From positions 238,582 through 302,581 of the IMG/VR virus record IMGVR_UViG_3300028591_000072: 64,000 nt of DNA; one strand, written 5' to 3'. Each line of letters opens with the position of its first letter. The first letter of the stretch is position 1. The position numbers and the translations under genes are program-made. Below, piece by piece: positions 1-8,961 of the stretch. Source of the stretch: a virus (lineage: Duplodnaviria; Caudoviricetes). The notes under the pieces were generated by a model. That model searched no databases and was not told where the DNA came from. It saw only the letters and a list, made by a program, of their open reading frames with translations.

Positions 1-77
1 ATATTAAAAATATTTATTAAAATGTTATTTTCTTTATATTTAATATAATATACAAATGTTTTTTTAAAAAATCAACT

Positions 78-923
78 ATGGAAAAGAAAGAAATTTCTAA
101 AGAAAAGAAAAAACGTAAGAAAAGTAAGCCAAAAAAGAAAAAAAGGCCAATTGGTAGGCCAAAAAAACGTGGCCCTAAGAAGAAATACAGAAAAAAGAAA
201 AAAGTTCTTAAAAAAAGAGGGAGAAAAGCATTACCACCATTTGCATATAAAATTATTTCGTGCAAAAACGGAAAGCAAAACAAATTGGTGGGAAAATATA
301 GGGATATAAAGGAAGCATATGCCGTTTTTGATGAATTGAAAGAAGAAAGTAAAAAAGTTGTGTTTCCAATGTCTTTTACTGGATGCGAAGAGTTAAAAAA
401 TTCAATAGATGAATATATATTGATTGAGAAGAGTGAAACCAAAGAAAGTTCCATGTTAAGAAATGAATATGGGGTTATTGTAGAGCATAAGACAAATTTA
501 GACGGGTGGGTTATTTTGGATAAATTTAGATATGCTAGGGAGGAGACTTTTTGGGTTTGGGGATATAGTAACAATCGTGACAGAAAGACTTTCATGTGGA
601 TTTTTGAAAATCTTATACTCGATTCGTTTGACAATGTTTATGACTATAAAAGGGTGTGTACATATAAAAACAAGGTCGTTATAAAATCCGATGACGGATA
701 CATGGATATAGTGTTTTGCAAATCTATGGAAGACGCTGTAAGATTTTATAATTTGTTGGAAAAGCATTCAAAGAAGAATAAATTAAAACGAATGCTATTT
801 ATTGGGGATTTTAGTAAATTTGGGAAACAACGTCTCAAACTTGAGTCTGAATTGATTGAATTTACTGGCTTGCCAAAGGAAAAAATACGCATGAAAAACA
901 ATAGCTTTTTCTTAAAAAAATGA
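78..923 (+). CDS. Hypothetical protein with Lys/Arg-rich N-terminus
   Basis: 281-aa ORF with AT-hook-like GRPKKRGP in a very basic N-terminus; no family recognised. Confidence 0.75.
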   Translation: MEKKEISKEKKKRKKSKPKKKKRPIGRPKKRGPKKKYRKKKKVLKKRGRKALPPFAYKIISCKNGKQNKLVGKYRDIKEAYAVFDELKEESKKVVFPMSFTGCEELKNSIDEYILIEKSETKESSMLRNEYGVIVEHKTNLDGWVILDKFRYAREETFWVWGYSNNRDRKTFMWIFENLILDSFDNVYDYKRVCTYKNKVVIKSDDGYMDIVFCKSMEDAVRFYNLLEKHSKKNKLKRMLFIGDFSKFGKQRLKLESELIEFTGLPKEKIRMKNNSFFLKK

Positions 924-999
924 AATAATTGTGCGTTTTTATGCTATTGCTACTATTTATGGTAGATTATTAATAATAACTTAAAAACTAAAAAACAAC

Positions 1000-2292
1000 A
1001 TGCCGGATATTAGACAAAAATTAATTCATTTACACAGTTCTAGTGTAAAAGTACCAACCGCAGCTCAATTAGAGTATGGTGAAATAGCAGTTCAATATGA
1101 TGCTACTGCTCCTGTATTATACATTAAGAATTCAAGCGGCCAAATTGTAAAATTCATTGATGAAGTTGCGGTTAAAGCGCTTTTGACAAATGTATATACA
1201 TACAAAGGAAGTAAGTCAACTTATGAAGAATTACCTGAAAGTGGTAATGTAACCGGCGATGTGTGGAATGTTGTTTCTGCTCATGGAAATGTTCCGGCAG
1301 GTACAAACTATGCATGGGATGGGAGCCAATGGGATTCACTTGGCGGTAGCGTTGATTTGTCAAATTACATTACAAATGAGACGTTTACTGCACACACAAG
1401 CAATAAAGATGTTCACGTATCATCAGCAGAAAAGAATGTTTGGAATAATAAACAAGAAGCATTTGAAAATGCTTCCGTTTTGAAAGAGATTACAGCACAA
1501 CAAGTTTCAAATTGGGATACTGCTGTAACAAGTTTGAGTGGGCACATTGATGATGACACAATTCACGTTACAACGGTACAAACAGGCAAATGGGATGATG
1601 CTGTTTCTGATATAAATACACATATATCAAATGGAACAATACACGTAACAACAGATGATAAGGAAGAGTGGAGTGGAAAACAAGATGCATTTAGCAATTC
1701 AGGCACATTGGCAACAATTACAGATACTAAAGTAACAAATTGGGATAATGCTGCAACAAATTCACACACACATTCTAACAAGGCTTTGCTTGACACTTAT
1801 TTGCAATCAGAATCTGATTTGGCTGACGCTGTTTCAAAGAAGCACAATCACGCTAATTCTGCTGCATTGGAAACGATAACAACAGAAAAAATAGCTGATT
1901 GGGATGAAGCAGCCGCTTCAGCACATACTCATGATAACAAGAGTGTTCTTGATGGAATTGATTCAACAAAGGTTACAAATTGGGATTCTGCATATAATAC
2001 GGTAACTGCTCATACAGCAGACACAGACATCCATGTAACAGCACAAGACAAGACTACTTGGAGCGGAAAACAAGATGCTATTGAAGATTTGACTGACATT
2101 AGAAATAATGCTACATCAGGAAAGAACGCATATGATACAGTTGTGGCCAATAAAGATAATTGGGACGCAGCATATGCAGTTTCACAAAATGCTTTAGTTG
2201 GTATTGAATCAGGTAAAGAAAGCGGTGCTGCTGTAAATGCAAGCAGGAAACTTGATTTCTCAGGCCTTTGTATTGATTGCGGAGAATACTAA
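1000..2292 (+). CDS. Putative virion fibre/structural protein with His/Trp repeats
   Basis: Repeats such as HT.D.DIHVT..DK..WSGKQDA and HTH.NK..LD; N-terminal P...LEYGEIAV...LYIK motif typical of phage fibres; C-terminal IDCGEY; ACTATTTAT motif upstream. Confidence 0.7.
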   Translation: MPDIRQKLIHLHSSSVKVPTAAQLEYGEIAVQYDATAPVLYIKNSSGQIVKFIDEVAVKALLTNVYTYKGSKSTYEELPESGNVTGDVWNVVSAHGNVPAGTNYAWDGSQWDSLGGSVDLSNYITNETFTAHTSNKDVHVSSAEKNVWNNKQEAFENASVLKEITAQQVSNWDTAVTSLSGHIDDDTIHVTTVQTGKWDDAVSDINTHISNGTIHVTTDDKEEWSGKQDAFSNSGTLATITDTKVTNWDNAATNSHTHSNKALLDTYLQSESDLADAVSKKHNHANSAALETITTEKIADWDEAAASAHTHDNKSVLDGIDSTKVTNWDSAYNTVTAHTADTDIHVTAQDKTTWSGKQDAIEDLTDIRNNATSGKNAYDTVVANKDNWDAAYAVSQNALVGIESGKESGAAVNASRKLDFSGLCIDCGEY

Positions 2293-2310
2293 TTAACTGT
2301 TTCTAATAAT

Positions 2311-2341
2311 AAAAAAGGATGTCTTAAAGGCATCCTTTTTT
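2311..2341. terminator. Bidirectional intrinsic terminator
   Basis: aaaaaaggatgtct-taa-aggcatcctttttt between convergent genes. Confidence 0.85.
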
Positions 2342-2344
2342 GTT

Positions 2345-2596
2345 TTATAATGAGAATAAATTTTTTAGCCAACAAGTTTTCTTTTTTTCTTTTGGATTCT
2401 CTTCGGCGTTTAAAACCATCGGAGGAGGTTGCTGAAGCGGAATATATGCTTGATTTGTAAATCCTAGTTCAATTTCTTTTCCGTATTGTTCAATTAGTTT
2501 TTTCTTAAAGGTTTCATTGCTTGCTTTTATTGCAATTTCGCTTGCCTTCAAGTCACCTTTTAAACCATTTAATTCTTTTTTTGTGAAAAAATCCAT
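2345..2596 (-). CDS. Hypothetical protein
   Basis: 83-aa ORF tightly packed in a minus-strand operon. Confidence 0.7.
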   Translation of the reverse strand: MDFFTKKELNGLKGDLKASEIAIKASNETFKKKLIEQYGKEIELGFTNQAYIPLQQPPPMVLNAEENPKEKKKTCWLKNLFSL

Positions 2597-2597
2597 A

Positions 2598-3008
2598 TTA
2601 GTGTACGTTTATTGTATCATTATCTTCTTCAAAATCCTGTATTTGGTTTCCTTGGCCTAAATTTTCAAAGAAACTTTCAACATTATGCATAATCCATACT
2701 ATTCCAGATGTAAAGAAACAGTCTAATATTAAAGCGAGCCACCAGAGGCCAGTTCCTGCCAATAGAATGTTGAATGGTGTGAAAGCTATATCTTTTATCA
2801 AAAACCAATCAATAAGACTTAAAACCCACCCTAAATTAGCTGGAAAGCACATCATACATTTAAATAATGAGCCGAAATGCTCTGAAATCTTATCTGTAAT
2901 GCTTCTTATGTGCTCAAAAATTCTAAATGGCCCGCTTCCAAATACCATCATATTTGAAAACCCATAAGCGGCAATACAATATAGGAATAAAATAAACCAA
3001 TTACTCAT
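2598..3008 (-). CDS. Membrane protein with CxxC (DUF1360-like)
   Basis: Three hydrophobic segments and LFKCMMCFPANLGW. Confidence 0.65.
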   Translation of the reverse strand: MSNWFILFLYCIAAYGFSNMMVFGSGPFRIFEHIRSITDKISEHFGSLFKCMMCFPANLGWVLSLIDWFLIKDIAFTPFNILLAGTGLWWLALILDCFFTSGIVWIMHNVESFFENLGQGNQIQDFEEDNDTINVH

Positions 3009-3471
3009 CTTTATCTTCTTCGTTTTTATTATTTATTTCTTCTTTTTTTTTAATGTCTTGTTTTGGTATAATTAGTGAAGATTCTTGATTTTTTGACTTG
3101 TAGTCAAATTTTAATGTCCTTAATTCTTCTATTGTTATGTTTTCATCTTCAAACAATGATTTTAGTTCTGTTGTTTTTTTTGAAAGCAGTTGTGCCCTTT
3201 CTATTGCTTCTTTCATTCTATCAATATTGTAGTCTATTGCATCAAATAATACCTGTTCACCTGATTCGATGTCGGTACAGAAATAATATTCATTTATATT
3301 TGTTCCTTGGCTTATAGTGACACCGAATTTTTGTTCTAAATCTTCATCTATAATCCATCCGTGTGGGAATGAAACAACTACATATATAACCTGTGAGCCA
3401 TCGTCAACAGTTGTTATTTGCATTTGTTTAAAATATTTTGAAATTTTTTTGATTCTGTCTTTGATATCCAT
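3001..3471 (-). CDS. Hypothetical protein
   Basis: 156-aa ORF overlapping the next start; host-like promoter motif (aatatacaaa on +) upstream. Confidence 0.75.
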   Translation of the reverse strand: MDIKDRIKKISKYFKQMQITTVDDGSQVIYVVVSFPHGWIIDEDLEQKFGVTISQGTNINEYYFCTDIESGEQVLFDAIDYNIDRMKEAIERAQLLSKKTTELKSLFEDENITIEELRTLKFDYKSKNQESSLIIPKQDIKKKEEINNKNEEDKDE

Positions 3472-3567
3472 TATTTCTTTTTAGAAAAATATACAAATTT
3501 TGGTTTATAATGTCAAACAAAAAAAGCCGCTTTTGGCGGCTTATTTGTTAAATATATAAGATAGTTA

Positions 3568-4260
3568 TTATTCGTTATTAAATAAGACTGCAAATGTTGA
3601 TGAATATTTCATTAAGACTCTTCTTATTTCTTCTTTACTTGGGATATTGTCTTTTGATGTATATACAACTCCGATTACGCCTGATGGATTATATGTTCCA
3701 TACATCATTATTGCTGCCATATATACAACATCTTCGTTTTTCAATCTGTAGTAAAGTTCAGGGTCTAAATTCACCAAATAATCAACAGGTTCTGCATAAA
3801 AGTTATTTTGGTATAATTCAGTTGCCCATGGATATCTTGATAGTCTTACATTTTTATATTCGCTTTCAAGCCATTGGTATGCTGATTTTGGTTCTGCATA
3901 TGTAAGGTCAACATATAAGAACGGAAGACCGGCAAGATTTGAGCCACCGTTATGTGTTTCCAATATATAAGCTCTGTCTGCGTTCAATTCTGCTTTTAAA
4001 GCAATTAGGTTTTGTCTTATGGATGGCTCATTGTTTAATCTTTTTATTACAGATTCTGTATGCTGTTCGCTGACGATTTTTTCAAAACGCTTTACCAATC
4101 CTTCTGGATTAAATACAAATTGGCCAACGACAGAAACTAAGAAAACCATCATTAAAGTTATTATTATGTTTTGTATTCCTGCTTTTTTTATAAATCCGAA
4201 TAATTTTTCAAACCATGTTAATGTGGCGTTTACTTGTTCAATTTTTTTATCGTTTTCCAT
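3568..4260 (-). CDS. Single-TM protein with possible GAF-like C-terminal domain (holin-like)
   Basis: N-terminal amphipathic helix, one TM, then LNADRAYILETHNG...GVIGVVY pattern reminiscent of GAF folds; function is inferred. Confidence 0.5.
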   Translation of the reverse strand: MENDKKIEQVNATLTWFEKLFGFIKKAGIQNIIITLMMVFLVSVVGQFVFNPEGLVKRFEKIVSEQHTESVIKRLNNEPSIRQNLIALKAELNADRAYILETHNGGSNLAGLPFLYVDLTYAEPKSAYQWLESEYKNVRLSRYPWATELYQNNFYAEPVDYLVNLDPELYYRLKNEDVVYMAAIMMYGTYNPSGVIGVVYTSKDNIPSKEEIRRVLMKYSSTFAVLFNNE

Positions 4261-4278
4261 TTTTTAACCTCAACTTTA

Positions 4279-5538
4279 TTATTTTATTTTTCTTGCGTTG
4301 TTCAAAGTTGAATTAAAGTTTGCGTCTTCGTTCAGCCTTGAGTTTAATGTTGTGTTTGTGTCTGTTGATGAATATGAATAAAGGTCTTTCATTCTATTTA
4401 ATGCTTCGTTCATACCTTGTTTGTTGCTGTGACTAATGATAACTCCTTTGTTGTTTTTCCATTCAACTAAATAAGTATTACCTGTTTTATCTTTCATTTT
4501 GAATTGTTCGCCTTCAGTTTTAAATTCATCAGGAATTCTTGAAAGCATATGACCTTCAGTTAAGAATTCGGTCTTTTTGAAATAAACAGTCTTAATGTTT
4601 TTGTGTTCCATTAATCCTTGCGCTTTTGTTCCTAATTGTGCATTTTTAACACGTGTCATGAAATCATCATTGTATTCATTTTCACCTGGTGCTGATTCAT
4701 CAACCATAAGTTGCCCATAAATGTCTTTGAATATAACATTTCCAACTCTTGTTATTTCTCTTCCGTGGTAACCATATCCACTTCCAAGTTTTTGCCAAGT
4801 AAATGGAACATATTCACAACTAATTTCATTCCACCAAGACTTTAAATAGTCTTCTAAAGACATACCTTCTTCACTGGCTTCTTTTTCAAAGTTTTCAACG
4901 CTGTTATTCCACCCTATATCATATGATTTAACCATTCCCGGTTCCCCGTATTCACCTCTGTCATCTTCTTCTTTGTAGAAATCATCAAGTGAGCCATCGA
5001 AATTTTCTTGAAGGATTCTCATTTTATTAATCATTTGCTTCATATCAAATCCTTCTTTGCTTTCGTACATTTCTTCTCTGTCAAAAACTTTTTCAGGCCA
5101 TTCTCTTCCTTGAAGCCCGGATTTTTTCATGTATTTTTCTCCGTTGTTGAGTTCTTGTCCGGATTTTTTAATTCCGTTGTAAATGTTTTCGTTATCAGAA
5201 AAGTCTCCTGATTTTTCGATTTTGTTGTTTTTTTCAAGTTCTGAAGTATAACCATTAACTTGTGCTTTTACTCTTTTTTTGTAATCGTCACTAACATTAT
5301 CAGGCTCATAATCTAATGTGGTTCTGTTTGCATCATTTTTTTCGTATTTAACTCGTTTGCCTCCTACGTTTTCAAGGCCACCATCATAATTTTTGGCCCT
5401 TTGTTTTGCATCTTTGTAAGCCTTGTCGTTAATGGACTTATTGTCTTTTTCAACATTCGGGCCGAGAACTGGCTTGAATTCATTTGAACTTTCCGCAATA
5501 AATCTTTTTAAATCGCCTACTTTGAATGTTTTTTCCAT
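4279..5538 (-). CDS. Hypothetical protein, possible internal head protein
   Basis: 419-aa hydrophilic ORF with several (I/L)xE sites. Confidence 0.7.
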   Translation of the reverse strand: MEKTFKVGDLKRFIAESSNEFKPVLGPNVEKDNKSINDKAYKDAKQRAKNYDGGLENVGGKRVKYEKNDANRTTLDYEPDNVSDDYKKRVKAQVNGYTSELEKNNKIEKSGDFSDNENIYNGIKKSGQELNNGEKYMKKSGLQGREWPEKVFDREEMYESKEGFDMKQMINKMRILQENFDGSLDDFYKEEDDRGEYGEPGMVKSYDIGWNNSVENFEKEASEEGMSLEDYLKSWWNEISCEYVPFTWQKLGSGYGYHGREITRVGNVIFKDIYGQLMVDESAPGENEYNDDFMTRVKNAQLGTKAQGLMEHKNIKTVYFKKTEFLTEGHMLSRIPDEFKTEGEQFKMKDKTGNTYLVEWKNNKGVIISHSNKQGMNEALNRMKDLYSYSSTDTNTTLNSRLNEDANFNSTLNNARKIK

Positions 5539-5568
5539 TTTATTTTATTTTATTTAGTTATTATATTC

Positions 5569-5766
5569 TTAATATGGGTAATACCCACCTCTTACTATTC
5601 CAATTGTTCCTGCATTTATATCAAACCCACGGCACATTCTTTGCATTAAAAGTTTTGTTAATTCTTCAGGATTTTGCTCTTTTTTAATTTTTTCGTTTAA
5701 AGAATTAATGTCTTTTACTGCTTGTGGGTCGAATCCGTTATTATATCTGTCTAATGAATTATTCAT
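5569..5766 (-). CDS. Hypothetical protein
   Basis: 65-aa ORF within the operon. Confidence 0.6.
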   Translation of the reverse strand: MNNSLDRYNNGFDPQAVKDINSLNEKIKKEQNPEELTKLLMQRMCRGFDINAGTIGIVRGGYYPY

Positions 5767-6811
5767 CGTAATTGAAAGTTGTTTTTAATATGTTTTTATG
5801 ATTTAATGTTTCATCGTCACCCGCAAACGGGACATCGTATTGGTAGTTTCCCGCATTACTTGTTGCTGTTGCCTCTTTTATATAGTCAATTTGTTCTTGA
5901 GTTAAATATACGCTTTTTCTTTTTATTGGTTTTCCGAATAGTGGTGTTGTAAATTGTCCGCTACTTTGTGCGTTTGTAGCACCAGCAACACCATCCATAG
6001 TTCCACCACCAACAGAACCGCCTTCGCCTTCTTCATTTATTCTTCTTTGTGCAATTGGCGTTTGTTCTGGCGTTGGAATTTCTTTCTGTGCGTTCATTAT
6101 GTCATCCTGATATTGCAATAATGAAACATCCTTGAGGACTTTTTTCAAACTTGATTTTATTTTTCTTGGCTCATCCCAAGAAGATACAAACTCTTCGTTG
6201 TTATATAAACTCCTTACTGCGTTTTTAACTAATTTAATTGCGTATGTGTATTTGTCGCTTAGTTGTATTTCATCGTCTTTGTATTTTTTAAGGAAATCAA
6301 CCAAAACGCCAACGTGTGCCCATAAATTTTGGAAATCATATGAATACATTGAGTTTGAAACATTTGAACACAATACATTTAATGAAATTCCTGCAAATTC
6401 AGATTGTAAATCAAGTGCTGAATCGTTTTGTAGAATGTCATAACCCCAAGCGCCCTCTTCTAATGTTCTTGCTATTAAATTTTGTTCAAACAAATTAGTG
6501 TATAAGTTTCTTAACTTTTTCTTAAAGTCTTTTCTTGGTATGCAATATTTTATTTCAAATGTATCTTTATTTCTGTTTCCATTTTCATCATATCCATTAT
6601 CCTTTATTCGTTCATTTCTTATGATAATTGCACTGTATTCATCATTTGGGTCTGTTTTCATTAAAAGCATTTTAAGTGCTGATGGGGCATCAATACCAAA
6701 TCCATGCAAGAAATCGTCAGTATCTGCCTTTAATGGTTGATTTAACAATTCTTTCATGTAGTCTTTCATGTGCTCAATGAAAGCATATCGTGTCATTTTT
6801 TCTTTACCCAT
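5759..6811 (-). CDS. Hypothetical protein, possible internal head protein
   Basis: 350-aa ORF with INEEG, LEEG and VYLTQEQ-type segments. Confidence 0.7.
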   Translation of the reverse strand: MGKEKMTRYAFIEHMKDYMKELLNQPLKADTDDFLHGFGIDAPSALKMLLMKTDPNDEYSAIIIRNERIKDNGYDENGNRNKDTFEIKYCIPRKDFKKKLRNLYTNLFEQNLIARTLEEGAWGYDILQNDSALDLQSEFAGISLNVLCSNVSNSMYSYDFQNLWAHVGVLVDFLKKYKDDEIQLSDKYTYAIKLVKNAVRSLYNNEEFVSSWDEPRKIKSSLKKVLKDVSLLQYQDDIMNAQKEIPTPEQTPIAQRRINEEGEGGSVGGGTMDGVAGATNAQSSGQFTTPLFGKPIKRKSVYLTQEQIDYIKEATATSNAGNYQYDVPFAGDDETLNHKNILKTTFNYDE

Positions 6812-6814
6812 AGT

Positions 6815-7060
6815 TTATCCCCTTTTGATTTCATCTTCATAGAAGTTACGGCGTTGCCATAATGTCCTGAATAAAGTGTTAACGGATGCGGCTACAAGTT
6901 CCCTAACTCGTTTTTCGATGTCTCCTTTAACCCTGTGGTCTTTTAATGCATCTTTAACGGCAGAAACAATGTCTTCTTTGTTGATTCCATTTTCCTCAAG
7001 AATTTGGTTTTCAACAATCGTTTTCATCATTTCTTCCGTTATTATCACTTTTTTTGACAT
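6815..7060 (-). CDS. Small hypothetical protein, possible internal head protein
   Basis: N-terminus KKVIITEEMM; ACTATTTAT motif upstream on the minus strand (7091-7099). Confidence 0.7.
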   Translation of the reverse strand: MSKKVIITEEMMKTIVENQILEENGINKEDIVSAVKDALKDHRVKGDIEKRVRELVAASVNTLFRTLWQRRNFYEDEIKRG

Positions 7061-7161
7061 GTTATATCAATTAACAATTTTTATTCACATATAAATAGTA
7101 TAAATAAACAAAAAGCCAGTCAAAAGACCGGCTTTTATTATATTATCAAATATAATAACAA

Positions 7162-7677
7162 TTATGATTCTTTAATGTGATTTGCCATTTGCTCAAGCGT
7201 TGATGATTCCATATTCCACTGCTCTTTCCAATTTTGGTAGAATCCGTAAAGTTTGTTAAGGATTTCCAAATTTTTGTCGTTAAGTAAAAGGCCATTTGTG
7301 GTTAAAAAACAACCATCACCAGTATTTGTGCGTAATTTAAATTGGAACTTAAGATTGTTTAGGCAAGGAATAACTCCACTGAATATTAGGTTGTTTTCGT
7401 TTGGCATGTATATAAGTGGAGATTCGCTAACGTTGTTTGAATCTGGCTTTGAAAATTGTGCACCGCTTTCAACAGATACCCTAAACTGTTGTATTTGGTT
7501 TGTCAATGTGTTTTGCCCGAACATTGGGTCATCTGTAATTGCTATTCCGTCAGCTGCTATGTGTTTTTTTTCTTCTTCGTTAAGAAATGTTTTTTTCCTA
7601 TTGCTTGATTCTTCTATTTTTCTGATTTTATCAAGCATTGTTCTTGTGTAGTCAATGTTTTCTATTTTTTTCCCCAT
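7162..7677 (-). CDS. Hypothetical protein
   Basis: 171-aa ORF. Confidence 0.7.
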   Translation of the reverse strand: MGKKIENIDYTRTMLDKIRKIEESSNRKKTFLNEEEKKHIAADGIAITDDPMFGQNTLTNQIQQFRVSVESGAQFSKPDSNNVSESPLIYMPNENNLIFSGVIPCLNNLKFQFKLRTNTGDGCFLTTNGLLLNDKNLEILNKLYGFYQNWKEQWNMESSTLEQMANHIKES

Positions 7678-7679
7678 AA

Positions 7680-8147
7680 TTACATGTCATATCCAATTCC
7701 ATTCCACCAAGAAGTTATGTTATCATTTCTTTTTGTGGAATTTATTATTTTTTCAGCATCCTTTTTTAATAATTGTGCTCGTTTTAATTCTTCTTCTATT
7801 ATTTTTTTTGCCTGCTCCGGCTCTTTTTTTAACTTATCATTAAACGCCTTTTTTGATTCTTCAAAATCGCTTATCTTTTCTTCAGTTTCTTTTATGGAAG
7901 CAATGGCCTCTTGTGTTTTCTTCTCTATTTCTTCTTCAATGCCATTTGTGCTAAATTCTGCATTGACGCTGTTCATTGAATCGTATATTTCGTTGAAATT
8001 CGGTCTGATTTCTGATACTTCTTGCTTTTCTTGCGTGTTTTCAAGTTCGTTTATTTTTTCTTCAATTATGTCAAGTTCACTTTTTTTTACTGTTTTCTTT
8101 TTTTTTGTGACTTGTTTTGAATCTTGATTTTTTGTCTGTTTTTCCAT
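7680..8147 (-). CDS. Coiled-coil hypothetical protein
   Basis: E/K-rich 155-aa ORF. Confidence 0.7.
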   Translation of the reverse strand: MEKQTKNQDSKQVTKKKKTVKKSELDIIEEKINELENTQEKQEVSEIRPNFNEIYDSMNSVNAEFSTNGIEEEIEKKTQEAIASIKETEEKISDFEESKKAFNDKLKKEPEQAKKIIEEELKRAQLLKKDAEKIINSTKRNDNITSWWNGIGYDM

Positions 8148-8220
8148 AAATTATTTATTTATAATAAATATAATGTTATAATAAATATTATCAATAAAAA
8201 GGCGGATTTTTGACACCTTT

Positions 8221-8937
8221 TTATTTGAACGTATCTGATGTGATTGAGTTTTTCAGCGCTTCAGTTCTTAGTTTTTTTAATGCACATTCTTTTATTTGCC
8301 TTATACGTTCTTTTGTTAATCCTATTTTTGCGCCTATTTCTTCCAAAGTAAGTTCTTCAGTATAATTTAGGCCAAAGTAATTTGAAATTACGTATTTTTC
8401 ACGGTCATTAAGTACATTCATTAAATTATTTATTACAGACAAGTCATCTGTTTTTTTTATTTCATCAAAATTAAATACTTCGATAAAATTGTCATGCTCT
8501 ATAATCTCGTATTCTGAATCCTGACTTGATTCTTCTTCGTTGTTTTCTTGTGTAAGTGTTTCATCTCCTTTCAATAAATTTCGTTTTTTTAATGCCTCCA
8601 ATATTGTTTGCCTAATCCACCAAACAGAGTAACTAATTGTCTTAAAGCCTTTTTTGTGGTCAAATTTATCAAGTGCCTTAATCAGCCCAATGTTTCCTTC
8701 TGATATTAGGTCGGAATACGATAATCCCATTCCAATATAAGGTTTTGCAACACTTGCAACAAATTTTAAATTTGATTTAATTATTTTATCTCGTGCTGAT
8801 AAATCATTGTTTTTTTTATATTGTTCCCATAAAGTATATTCTTCTTCTTTACTTAATGGGGACAATTTGCTTATTTCTTTAAAGTAATCCACTGAACTTC
8901 TTTCAAAATCAATAATTTTCTTTTTCTTTTTATGCAT
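8221..8937 (-). CDS. Sigma-70 family RNA polymerase sigma factor
   Basis: Region 1.2 (YFKEISKLSPLSKEEE), region 2 (NLKFVASVAK...DLISEGNIGLIKA..KFD...SYSVWWIRQ), region 4 (TLEEIGAKIGLTKERIRQI); region 3 largely absent. Confidence 0.93.
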   Translation of the reverse strand: MHKKKKKIIDFERSSVDYFKEISKLSPLSKEEEYTLWEQYKKNNDLSARDKIIKSNLKFVASVAKPYIGMGLSYSDLISEGNIGLIKALDKFDHKKGFKTISYSVWWIRQTILEALKKRNLLKGDETLTQENNEEESSQDSEYEIIEHDNFIEVFNFDEIKKTDDLSVINNLMNVLNDREKYVISNYFGLNYTEELTLEEIGAKIGLTKERIRQIKECALKKLRTEALKNSITSDTFK

Positions 8938-8961
8938 TTAACCATATAAGATACCTTATTA

